Part shown: positions 28,698 through 36,962 of the stretch, piece after piece
Layout: each line of letters opens with the position of its first letter
Numbering within the stretch: the stretch's first letter is position 1
Assembly (NCBI GenBank): GCA_045605825.1
Contig: JAZUQS010000060.1
Location: forward strand, 302 to 64,301
DNA from: Acutalibacteraceae bacterium
GTDB taxonomy: Bacteria; Bacillota; Clostridia; Oscillospirales; Acutalibacteraceae
Length of the DNA stretch: 64,000 nt
Reading direction: 5' to 3'
Made by a program: the position numbers and the translations under genes
Notes under the pieces: generated by a model
The model's database searches: none
Told to the model about the DNA's origin: nothing
What the model saw: the letters and a program-made list of their open reading frames with translations, nothing else

Positions 28698-30605
28698 ATG
28701 AAAAACATTTATTTTGTTCAGGTTGGGTTCGAATTTGACGGCTCGGTTTACCTTCCGTATGCTGTAGGCACAATAATTGCCTATTGCAAAAAAGAACCGC
28801 AAATAACAAGTGAATACAGCTTTTCAGATATCATTTTCAAAAGAGAAAAGTTGGCAGATGCTATAGCGAAAATAAAGGAGCCTTATATGGTTGCTTTCTC
28901 CTGCAGTGTCTGGAATATTGAGTACAATAAAACTCTTGCAAAAATGATAAAAGAAAAATACCCTCAGTGTTTAATTTCCTTTGGTGGTCACAGCGTTGAC
29001 GAAAGCGGTGTTCTTATTGAAAGTGAGGATTATATTGATATTCTTACTTTCGGCGAGGGCGAAAGAACCTTTTCCGATTTACTCATAAACCTTAAAAATG
29101 ATGAAATAGGCTTAACAAATAACATTTCATACAGAAAAGGCGACAGTATTATTAAAACCGAGAGAAGCTACTGTGTATCTCTTGAGGATTTCCCGTCACC
29201 CTATACAACCGGCGTGTTTGATGATATTGTTAAAAACAGTCAAGGGTTGGAATTGCTTTCTGTTCTTGAAACTACAAGAGGCTGTCCTTATTCCTGTGCA
29301 TACTGCGATTGGTGTGCGGGTAAGAAAATGCGATTTTTCCCGATGGAAAAGGTAATAGCCGAAATCAAATGGCTTTCAGAGAATAAAATAACCTATTGCT
29401 TCTGTGCTGACTCAAACTTCGGTATGTTTGACAGAGATATCGAAATAGCCCAGCATCTTATTGAAGCAAAAAAGAAAAACGGCTATCCCGAGGTTTTCAG
29501 ACCTTGTTACGAGAAAAACAGCGACGAAAGAGTGTTTAAAATTTGCAGTGCCTTGAATAGTGTAGGTATGGACAAGGGTGCTACAATGGCATATCAGACT
29601 CTTTCAGAGGAAGCCTTGAAAAACATAGGTAGAAAAAATCTTACAATGGAGCATTTTTCTAACCTTATGAAAAAATATAACGAAGCAGGAATTCCTACTT
29701 ACTCCGAGTTGATTTTAGGGCTTCCCGGTGAAACGAAGGAAAGCTTCTGCATGGGTATATGTAAGCTTCTTGAAAACGGTCAGCATAATTCAGTCAGCGT
29801 TTATCACTGTGAGGTTTTGCCTAATTCAGAGCTTGCCCAACCCGAGTACATTAAAAAGCACAAGATAGAAACGATAAAGGTTGCCTTTAACCATATTCAC
29901 AGTGCACCTAAAAAGGATGAAGAGGTTAAAGAGTATTCGTATATCGTTCGCTCAACAGCTACTCTTGACCGTGACGATTGGGTATACGCAAACCTATTTT
30001 CAATTTGTTTGCAATGTTTCCATAGTTTAGGCGTGCTTCGTTATTTTGCTATGTATCTTCATTCTTTGGGTGAGGTTACTTATTACGATTTTTACACAGC
30101 TTTATTGAACTACATTTTCGAAAGCGACGGAAAGCTTAATAAAATGTGGACTCTCTTTAAAGAGAAATATGAAAATTCTCTTTCAGGTAATTGGAATTAC
30201 TACGACGAAAAATTCGGTAACGTAACCTGGTTTTTCGAAGAGGGTGCATTTATTGAAATTGCATCAAATTACAATGAATATTTGGAAGAATTACTTGTAT
30301 TTCTTAAAAAATACGATTTTCCTGAAGACGTTTTCAGCGAGCTTTTAAAATATCAAAAGCTTCTTTTGAAAAAGCCCTTTGAAAAGGGTGCAACTGAAGA
30401 ATTCAGTTATGATTTCTATAGCTTCTTTGACGGTATTATAAAAGGTCAGGAAAAGACTTTAGAAAAACAGAAAACAAAAATAAAGGTTACGCCAAAAAAT
30501 ATTTATGATGAAGTTTCACGTTATGCAAAAGAGGTCGTTTGGTTTGGAAGACGCAGAGGTGCAACTATCTACGGTAATGACGAGGTAACCTGCGAAACAG
30601 TTTAA
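28698..30605 (+). CDS. Cobalamin-binding-domain (class B) radical SAM enzyme, paralog 4
   Basis: 635 aa. LISFGGHSVD, ETTRGCPYSCAYCDWC, LILGLPGETK, and C-terminal VWFGRRRG. Confidence 0.85.
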   Translation: MKNIYFVQVGFEFDGSVYLPYAVGTIIAYCKKEPQITSEYSFSDIIFKREKLADAIAKIKEPYMVAFSCSVWNIEYNKTLAKMIKEKYPQCLISFGGHSVDESGVLIESEDYIDILTFGEGERTFSDLLINLKNDEIGLTNNISYRKGDSIIKTERSYCVSLEDFPSPYTTGVFDDIVKNSQGLELLSVLETTRGCPYSCAYCDWCAGKKMRFFPMEKVIAEIKWLSENKITYCFCADSNFGMFDRDIEIAQHLIEAKKKNGYPEVFRPCYEKNSDERVFKICSALNSVGMDKGATMAYQTLSEEALKNIGRKNLTMEHFSNLMKKYNEAGIPTYSELILGLPGETKESFCMGICKLLENGQHNSVSVYHCEVLPNSELAQPEYIKKHKIETIKVAFNHIHSAPKKDEEVKEYSYIVRSTATLDRDDWVYANLFSICLQCFHSLGVLRYFAMYLHSLGEVTYYDFYTALLNYIFESDGKLNKMWTLFKEKYENSLSGNWNYYDEKFGNVTWFFEEGAFIEIASNYNEYLEELLVFLKKYDFPEDVFSELLKYQKLLLKKPFEKGATEEFSYDFYSFFDGIIKGQEKTLEKQKTKIKVTPKNIYDEVSRYAKEVVWFGRRRGATIYGNDEVTCETV

Positions 30606-30617
30606 ATCAGATTTGGG

Positions 30618-31877
30618 GTGAGGACGATAAAAAGCATAAAAACCTTTACCAATAAGCATTATTACGGGCTTTGTCTGTTTGCATTTTTATTTATATATTG
30701 TATAGTTGTCCCCACCGAGGGTAGACCGTGGATTGTTAATGACGCAACCTATAGCTTTTATGCAATAGATTTCAGTGTAGGCTTTTGCTCAAGAGTTATT
30801 CAGGGCGCGTTGTACAACCTTATTTTCAGAACCCCCGACCATATAACCGTTTCAATTTATCTTATCGGTGTTTTTGTCATCACCTTTGGTGCTGTAAGCT
30901 TTTTAGCTGAAAAGTTCATTAAAAACACTGATGCTCAATACAGAAAATCGGCAATTATAATTACGTTGTTTTTCCTTACAGGTCCCGCAACCTTTGCGGT
31001 GTTAGTACCCGTTTTTGGAATGATAGATGTTTTCTGGGTTTTTGCTACGGCTTTAAGTATACTTTGCTTGCAAAACAAGAAGGTGTATTTTCTTGTTGTT
31101 CCGTTAGCGGTATTTATGGTGTTTGTTTATTACGGTGCAACTCTTTGCTACGTTCCGCTTTTAGCAATTATGTTGCTTTATAAGATATCGGTAACAGAGG
31201 AAAGAAAAGAAAAACGTTATCTTACTGCAATATTCTTTGCAACGGTTGCTCTCACAATTTTCTTTACCGTGTATTTCGTAGTTTTTGAGCGTTCAAACCT
31301 TACTATGACTATGGAAGAATTTGATAAGTTCCTTGTTGGCAGGGGCGTTAGCGAGGGTGATTTGTATTATTACAACTTCAGCTACTACCGTGATATAGAT
31401 GGTTTTGAGGAAAACGGTTTCCTTGAGGTTCCCGAGTTTGATGCAGGATCTTCACCCTCCGAGGTAGTCAAGGTTCTTTTCCAGCAGGCTTGGATTTCAA
31501 TTTTCGTAAAAGAATTTACCTACGTTACATTTATAGTTGCGCTTTTAATTTTACCTATTCTCGTATTTATTTATAAATTCCTTATAACCTTTTTCAAGAA
31601 AGCAAAGGGTAACAACGTGAAAAGATTTTCATTGTTGTGTGCTATGGCACTTTTTCCCTTTGTAGTTGTAGCAGGCTTTTGCTTCTCAACTGACGTTGTA
31701 AGGTGGATAGGAAACGCATTTTTACCCACTTTTGCATTGTTTATGTATATACTCTATAAGGAAAGAGCTTGGGCAATAGAGCTCGTTCACAATTCTTTGA
31801 CTTCCATCGGCGCAACAACTCTCATACCTTATTATTTAGTTTATTCTTTAACGGTATTCCTGCCCGATTTAAGTTGA
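30618..31877 (+). CDS. Polytopic membrane protein of unknown family (about 10 TM; candidate GT-C-like transferase or polymerase)
   Basis: 419 aa, hydrophobic throughout, with one ~65-aa acidic/aromatic loop (MTMEEFDKFLVGRGVSEGDLYYYNFSYYRDIDGFEENGF...). GTG start 12 nt after, and in frame with, the rSAM-4 stop. No clear SD, which suggests translational coupling. Confidence 0.6.
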   Translation: MRTIKSIKTFTNKHYYGLCLFAFLFIYCIVVPTEGRPWIVNDATYSFYAIDFSVGFCSRVIQGALYNLIFRTPDHITVSIYLIGVFVITFGAVSFLAEKFIKNTDAQYRKSAIIITLFFLTGPATFAVLVPVFGMIDVFWVFATALSILCLQNKKVYFLVVPLAVFMVFVYYGATLCYVPLLAIMLLYKISVTEERKEKRYLTAIFFATVALTIFFTVYFVVFERSNLTMTMEEFDKFLVGRGVSEGDLYYYNFSYYRDIDGFEENGFLEVPEFDAGSSPSEVVKVLFQQAWISIFVKEFTYVTFIVALLILPILVFIYKFLITFFKKAKGNNVKRFSLLCAMALFPFVVVAGFCFSTDVVRWIGNAFLPTFALFMYILYKERAWAIELVHNSLTSIGATTLIPYYLVYSLTVFLPDLS

Positions 31878-31907
31878 TGAAAATCCGTATTTTTAGGGGG
31901 AAATGAA

Positions 31908-32699
31908 ATGAAAGCTAAAACAATTAAATTAACTTTCTGGTTTTTGTTTATAACGTTTATCAGATTTTTCCCTCAGTTAGAGTTACTTATTGAGGTGGAA
32001 TATTATATTTATCTTACGGCTATTCTTGTAAGTGCTTTATGTATTTGCCTTATACCTAAAAGAATTGTTGGCGGTATCATTGGTGTTTTAATAACCGTCG
32101 GTGTTTCGGTTTACAGTCCTGAGTATTTCCTTTTTGCACTTCCCGTGGTGTTGCTTATTTATGCCCATGGTGAAATCGTTTCTTGGAGCAATAAGCTTAA
32201 CGAAACTGAAAGCAGTGAGGTTAAGGCGAAAAGCAAAAAGAAAAACAAAGCTAAAAACCAAAAGAAAGATATAAAAGATTTTATCAGCTGTATAATTTGC
32301 GGTGTAGCGGTTGTGTGTAGCGGTTTGCAGTTTGTGTTTTTAGATACGGACCGCCCAAGAGAGCATAAAGACACAATTGGTGATTACGGATATATAATGT
32401 TTTATGCCTTGTTCTTAATCGCATTGATTGTAGTAGCTTTTGCAATAAAATCAACAAACAAAAAGCCGATAAACTCACAAATGAGCTTACAGTATAAAGT
32501 TTTTTATATTGCTTCTTTCGTTTGCTTAGCTTTGCAGGTTGTGTCAATATATTTAAGTGCTCAGACATCAACAATTACAAATAGGGTCGAGTTTCATTAT
32601 TGGTTTTTATTTGTAATAGCAATTATTTTAAATAAAGATTTTTATCTTGATGAATTGATAAATAAATTCACTCTGTCATCAATGAAAGACAGAGGGTAA
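31908..32699 (+). CDS. Polytopic membrane protein of unknown family with a Lys-rich loop
   Basis: 263 aa. AGGGGGA RBS. About 6-7 TM segments. Central loop SSEVKAKSKKKNKAKNQKKDIKD. Confidence 0.55.
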   Translation: MKAKTIKLTFWFLFITFIRFFPQLELLIEVEYYIYLTAILVSALCICLIPKRIVGGIIGVLITVGVSVYSPEYFLFALPVVLLIYAHGEIVSWSNKLNETESSEVKAKSKKKNKAKNQKKDIKDFISCIICGVAVVCSGLQFVFLDTDRPREHKDTIGDYGYIMFYALFLIALIVVAFAIKSTNKKPINSQMSLQYKVFYIASFVCLALQVVSIYLSAQTSTITNRVEFHYWFLFVIAIILNKDFYLDELINKFTLSSMKDRG

Positions 32700-32762
32700 A
32701 CAGATAAATAGGGGATAATACGGGCAAAGCGGTGAGCCCATTCTGTAGGTTGTGGTGAAGAA

Positions 32763-33644
32763 ATGATATTGATAGTCGGTTGTGGCTTTTTAGGAAGTTA
32801 CCTTTTAAAGCATATACTGAATGAAACAAATGAAGCCGTTATTGCAACGGTAAGAAATACAGAAAAAATCCCCCGTGTAGACGGAGCAAAGCTTATAGAA
32901 TGTGATATTTCAAGCGAAGAGGATTTAAAAAGTCTTGCAGATGCTTTCAAGGGTGAAGAATTAAAGGTGTTTTACTTTGCCGCTTGTCACAATATTGATT
33001 TTCTATACGAAAACATTGAAAAGGGCAAAGAAATAAATATCACCGCCTTAAAAAACTTTATTTCTTATATACCTAATATAAAAGAATTCTATTTTGCATC
33101 TACGGATTGCGTTTACGGTGAAGGTGAAAATAAAGATTACCGATTTAAAGAAACAGATGCTTTAATTCCTATAAACGAATACGGCAAACAAAAAGCCGAG
33201 GCAGAAAAAATAGTGATTGAAAACGGTTTTACTGTTTTAAGATTACCTTTTATGTTAGGCAAGTCACTTTCTTCAACGCCCCATTTTTACGACAAAATTA
33301 CCGCCTCATTAAAAAATAATGAAGAGGTTGAAATGATTGACGGAATGTACCGTTCTGTGTTAAGCTATTCTCAAGCGGCAGAGCTTATATATTCTTTGTC
33401 GCTTTTAAAAGAGAAGCCTCAGGTTATAAACGTCTGCTCAGATGAGTCTTTGAGTAAATACGATATGGGCTGTATTCTGGCAGAAAAGCTTGGTGCTGAT
33501 AAGAGTTTAATAAAAAAGATTTCCGAAGACGAGGGTAAGAAATTTTTTAAGGATAAAAGAGTTTCTTTCGGTGCTATGGATAACTCGGTTCTTAAAGCTT
33601 TACTTAATAAAGAAAAAATTACGTGGGAGGTAGAAAAATGCTGA
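32763..33644 (+). CDS. NAD(P)-dependent sugar reductase/epimerase (RmlD-size SDR)
   Basis: 293 aa. Rossmann motif ILIVGCGFLGSY. Catalytic YGKQKAEAE (YxxxK). Confidence 0.7.
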   Translation: MILIVGCGFLGSYLLKHILNETNEAVIATVRNTEKIPRVDGAKLIECDISSEEDLKSLADAFKGEELKVFYFAACHNIDFLYENIEKGKEINITALKNFISYIPNIKEFYFASTDCVYGEGENKDYRFKETDALIPINEYGKQKAEAEKIVIENGFTVLRLPFMLGKSLSSTPHFYDKITASLKNNEEVEMIDGMYRSVLSYSQAAELIYSLSLLKEKPQVINVCSDESLSKYDMGCILAEKLGADKSLIKKISEDEGKKFFKDKRVSFGAMDNSVLKALLNKEKITWEVEKC

Positions 33645-34615
33645 TTACAAGAACACCGTTCAGAGTTTCTTTTTTCGGTGGCGGAACAGATTATTATGAA
33701 TATTTTTCTGAATTCGGCGGCAGTGTGCTTTCCACAACTATTGATAAATATTGTTATCTTACAATACGTAAGCTTCCACCGTTTTTTGAGCATAAAAATC
33801 AGCTTACATATTCGAAAATTGAAAGATTTAATGAAACTGATGAAATTCAGCATCCTCTTGTAAGAGCGGCTCTTGAGTATATGCCTACTGACCGTATTCA
33901 GATTTCCTACGATGCAGATTTACCTGCAGGATCAGGTATAGGCTCAAGCTCATCCTTTGCGGTTGGTCTTCTTCAAAGTCTTCACGCTCTTAAAGACGAG
34001 TACCCCGATAAAATGGTGCTTGCAAAGGAAGCGATACACCTTGAAAGAGTAATGTGTAACGAGGGTGGTGGCGTTCAGGATCAGGTTGCCGCAGCCTTCG
34101 GCGGTCTTAACCGTATTGACTTTACAAAAGACGGTTATACAGTTACACCCGTTGAAATATCAAAGGAAAGACTTGATGAATTTCAAAGCAATTTAATTCT
34201 CTTGTTTACGGGCTTTACAAGGTATTCGGGAATTATTGCAACAGAGCAACAAAAAGGTATTCCATCAACCCTTAATCAGCTACACGAAATGAAAGCCCTT
34301 GTTGATAAAGCAGAGGATATATTAAAAAACGGAAACCTTGACGATTTCGGCAGACTACTTGACCACACGTGGCAGTTAAAACGCTCTTTATCCGATTATA
34401 TAAGTAATTCGGAAATTGACGAAATGTATCAAAAAGCAAAGGCTAACGGAGCATTGGGCGGTAAAATTCTCGGTGCAGGCGGTGGCGGCTTTATGCTTTT
34501 ATACGTGCCGAAGGAAAGCCAAGCCAAGCTTATTGAAAGCTTCAGCGATTTAAAAATTATTCCCTTTAAATTCGAAAACGAGGGGACAAAAATCATCGTG
34601 CAAAACGATACGTAA
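33638..34615 (+). CDS. GHMP-family sugar kinase, D-glycero-D-manno-heptose 7-phosphate kinase (HddA)-like
   Basis: Start set to ATG 33638 (GGGAGG upstream; 7-nt overlap with the preceding stop). MLITRTPFRVSFFGGGTDY N-terminus, GHMP motif LPAGSGIGSSSSF, and C-terminal GAGGGGF. Confidence 0.8.
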   Translation: MLITRTPFRVSFFGGGTDYYEYFSEFGGSVLSTTIDKYCYLTIRKLPPFFEHKNQLTYSKIERFNETDEIQHPLVRAALEYMPTDRIQISYDADLPAGSGIGSSSSFAVGLLQSLHALKDEYPDKMVLAKEAIHLERVMCNEGGGVQDQVAAAFGGLNRIDFTKDGYTVTPVEISKERLDEFQSNLILLFTGFTRYSGIIATEQQKGIPSTLNQLHEMKALVDKAEDILKNGNLDDFGRLLDHTWQLKRSLSDYISNSEIDEMYQKAKANGALGGKILGAGGGGFMLLYVPKESQAKLIESFSDLKIIPFKFENEGTKIIVQNDT

Positions 34616-34625
34616 AGTAAAAATT

Positions 34626-34668
34626 AATGCATCCTGACAAATAATCAGGATGCATTTTTTGTATTTTT
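34626..34668. terminator. Bidirectional rho-independent terminator ending the glycan operon
   Basis: 12-bp perfect stem AATGCATCCTGA / TCAGGATGCATT with loop CAAATAA, then TTTTGTATTTTT. Convergent with the CE15-like gene ending at 34667. Confidence 0.8.
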
Positions 34669-35695
34669 ATCTGTGCATATTAACATATTTAATAAGCTTG
34701 TTCCAGTCCTCTCGGCTGAAATAGTGAAGACCTTTTCTCATATGGTAGCCGATATCACCCTCAAAAAACATATCGTTGATTTCGGGGTATCTGTTTTCAT
34801 ATTTAAAGCCGTTTTTAAAAGCAGGACTTGCGGCAACGCAGGAAAGCATTTCTGAACGGGGGTCTGCCCATAAATCCTCGGATGCACTGCCGATAACTGC
34901 GTGTCTTGGTGCAATTGAAGCTATAAGATAATGCTGGTCAAAGGGCATAGCCGATTCATTATCTCTGTATTTATTATAATTTTCGCAAAACCAGAAGGGG
35001 AATCTGTCGGTGATTTCTTTTACTGTTTCGCCACGGGTCCAACGGGCGAGAGAAGCACCCGAGCAACCTGAATCATTTGAATAAGCAAATTTAAATCTTT
35101 CGTCAAATGCACCTGCAACGAGGGCGGTTTTGCCAAGTCTTGAGTGACCGCAAACTGTACCGCAGTCAATAAGAAGTTTATCTTGAAGAGTTTGAGCGTA
35201 GTCCATAACTCTTGATGCAGCCCAAGCCCACATAGCAATTTTACCCGAGTCAGTAGCGTTTCTTTTTCCGTCGGGGAAAAGAATACCTGCAAAACCGTTT
35301 GTAAAGTCGCCGTCGTCAGAGGTTATATCGTTGTAATAAACAGAAAAAACTGCAAAGCCGTTGTCGATAATTTCTTCAGTCGGCATATATCTGTCCGGGT
35401 TTAAATCTCTGAAATTTACGTGAATAAAGAATGGGTGTTTTTCATTGTCGGCAGGTAAATTTGCAAAAAACGGGAAAGAGAATTCTTTGCCGTTTACAAT
35501 GCAATTTGCGGTAACCTTGTTGCATACCGCTTTACCTGCACAAAATTTAGGAATAACCTCTTCCTCGACCTCAAAAGAAATGCTTTCTGGCTTTGGCGGC
35601 ATATAGCCGTAAATTTCTTTCTGTAAAATTTCAAGCATCTCTTCACGAGGTAAAAGAGGGGGTAATTTTAATTCATCAAGTATTTTTAAAAGCAT
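34667..35695 (-). CDS. Alpha/beta hydrolase, CE15 glucuronoyl-esterase-like
   Basis: 342 aa. Nucleophile region VCGHSRLGKTAL resembles the G-C-S-R-x-G motif of CE15. No signal peptide. Confidence 0.5.
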   Translation of the reverse strand: MLLKILDELKLPPLLPREEMLEILQKEIYGYMPPKPESISFEVEEEVIPKFCAGKAVCNKVTANCIVNGKEFSFPFFANLPADNEKHPFFIHVNFRDLNPDRYMPTEEIIDNGFAVFSVYYNDITSDDGDFTNGFAGILFPDGKRNATDSGKIAMWAWAASRVMDYAQTLQDKLLIDCGTVCGHSRLGKTALVAGAFDERFKFAYSNDSGCSGASLARWTRGETVKEITDRFPFWFCENYNKYRDNESAMPFDQHYLIASIAPRHAVIGSASEDLWADPRSEMLSCVAASPAFKNGFKYENRYPEINDMFFEGDIGYHMRKGLHYFSREDWNKLIKYVNMHR

Positions 35696-35744
35696 ATTAT
35701 CAGCTCCTTTGAAAAAGTTATACCATATTTAAAATAAAAGAGCA

Positions 35745-35780
35745 AGAAAAAACCCTTATATCCGTTTGCGAATATAAGGG
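35745..35780 (-). terminator. Rho-independent terminator after the HTH regulator gene
   Basis: On the minus strand: CCCTTATAT-loop-ATATAAGGG followed by TTTTTTCT. Confidence 0.7.
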
Positions 35781-35800
35781 CTTAAAATATTAACTGTTTT

Positions 35801-36412
35801 TCACTCTTTGCTTATTACCTTTTTATGCCATGTCCATTTGTGACATTGGGGGCATTTCATATATCTTGTTCTGCCTATATGAGGTGCTATAAACACTGAT
35901 TTATATTCAGGTACGTATTGATGTCGGCATTTCTGACATTCATAATAACCTGCAACCTGCTCGATACGTAGCAAAAAAGGAATTGCTACCAACAGCGGTA
36001 TCATACTTGATAAAACTATCACTACCTGCTTCCATTCTTCCATTGGCACGAATAAGCCTATTATAATACCGACTGCGAAGGGTACGCACGCCATTACACC
36101 TGCAAGTGTTTCCATACGGAGTAAGCGTTTGTCAGCTTCTTGCTTTTGCTTGACCATTTCAAGCAGATTGTTTTCTAATTCTTTGTTGTAATTATCCATT
36201 GTAACAACCTCCCCACTTAATAAATCGTTTACGCTGATATTTAAAATTTGACACAACTCCAGCATTATTGAAGAATCGGGCAATGATTTTCCCGTTTCCC
36301 ATTTTGAAACGGCTCTGTCAGTGATGTTAAGCTTTTCAGCTAACTGCATCTGAGTAATACCGTTCTTTTTTCTTTGCTCGGCTATGAACTTTCCGATTTT
36401 TAAAAGATTCAT
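35801..36412 (-). CDS. XRE-family HTH regulator with two TM helices and a C-terminal CxxC...CxxC zinc ribbon
   Basis: Start set to ATG 36412 (AGGAGG upstream). HTH region FIAEQRKKNGITQMQLAEKLNITDRAVSKWETGKSLP. TM segments follow. C-terminal ECQKC...KCPQC. Confidence 0.8.
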   Translation of the reverse strand: MNLLKIGKFIAEQRKKNGITQMQLAEKLNITDRAVSKWETGKSLPDSSIMLELCQILNISVNDLLSGEVVTMDNYNKELENNLLEMVKQKQEADKRLLRMETLAGVMACVPFAVGIIIGLFVPMEEWKQVVIVLSSMIPLLVAIPFLLRIEQVAGYYECQKCRHQYVPEYKSVFIAPHIGRTRYMKCPQCHKWTWHKKVISKE

Positions 36413-36586
36413 ATTGTGCCTCCTTTCAATATTAGTGTAAGAGTTTTGTGGGTGAAAATCTACAAACCGTTGGTTGAGTGGGAAGAAATCAACCTTTATT
36501 CTGTATGTATTATACCACAAACAAGAATTTCTAGCAAAAACCCCCCCGCAACTATCCGTTTTAGGAAAAATACGAGGGGTTAAAAA

Positions 36587-36650
36587 TCAGTCTTTGCTTA
36601 TTATCTTTTTATGCCATGATTTTTTATGACATTTAAACCATAGTGGATTT
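36587..36650 (-). pseudogene. Remnant of a second copy of the HTH/zinc-ribbon gene 3' end
   Basis: The minus-strand reading ...KCHKKSWHKKIISKD* parallels ...KCPQCHKWTWHKKVISKE* of 35801-36412. At the nucleotide level TCAGTCTTTGCTTATTATCTTTTTATGCCATG matches TCACTCTTTGCTTATTACCTTTTTATGCCATG. A degenerate copy of the downstream terminator lies at ~36535-36585. Confidence 0.6.
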
Positions 36651-36962
36651 TTATATAAATTTAACTGCAGTACCGTATGCGATAACTTCAGCCGCACCCT
36701 GCATAACAGCAGAAGATGCGTAACGGATATTAACAACCGCATCGGCTCCCAACTGTTCCGCTTCTTCAACCATTCGTTTTGTTGCAAGTGCACGTGCGTC
36801 ATTCATCATTTGGTTATAAGCTTTTAATTCGCCACCTACAAGTGTCTTGAATGCTTGAGTAATATCTTTACCCACATTTTTGCTTTGGATTGTGCTTCCT
36901 CGCACCAAACCCAACATTTCCAATTCCTTACCGGTAATGTAATCAGTATTTACTAAGATCAT
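36651..36962 (-). CDS. YbjQ/UPF0145 family protein
   Basis: Start set to ATG 36962 (GGAG 8 nt upstream; the track start at 36974 is a GTG inside the RBS). MILVNTDYITGKE...GADAVVNIRY...AYGTAV is typical of the family. Confidence 0.8.
   Translation of the reverse strand: MILVNTDYITGKELEMLGLVRGSTIQSKNVGKDITQAFKTLVGGELKAYNQMMNDARALATKRMVEEAEQLGADAVVNIRYASSAVMQGAAEVIAYGTAVKFI

Noticed and set aside
22145-30605. A RiPP (peptide natural product) cluster driven by the four radical SAM enzymes
   Set aside because: No short precursor ORF fits in the 2-48-nt gaps. No peptidase, leader-binding RRE or exporter is in the operon. The surrounding genes are sugar-nucleotide enzymes. The only PqqD-like ORF is 16 kb away, behind several terminators.
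36587-36802. The 71-aa track ORF on the minus strand
   Set aside because: It overlaps the 3' part of the ybjQ-like gene in another frame. Only its last ~15 codons look protein-like, because they are the fossil of the duplicated regulator tail.
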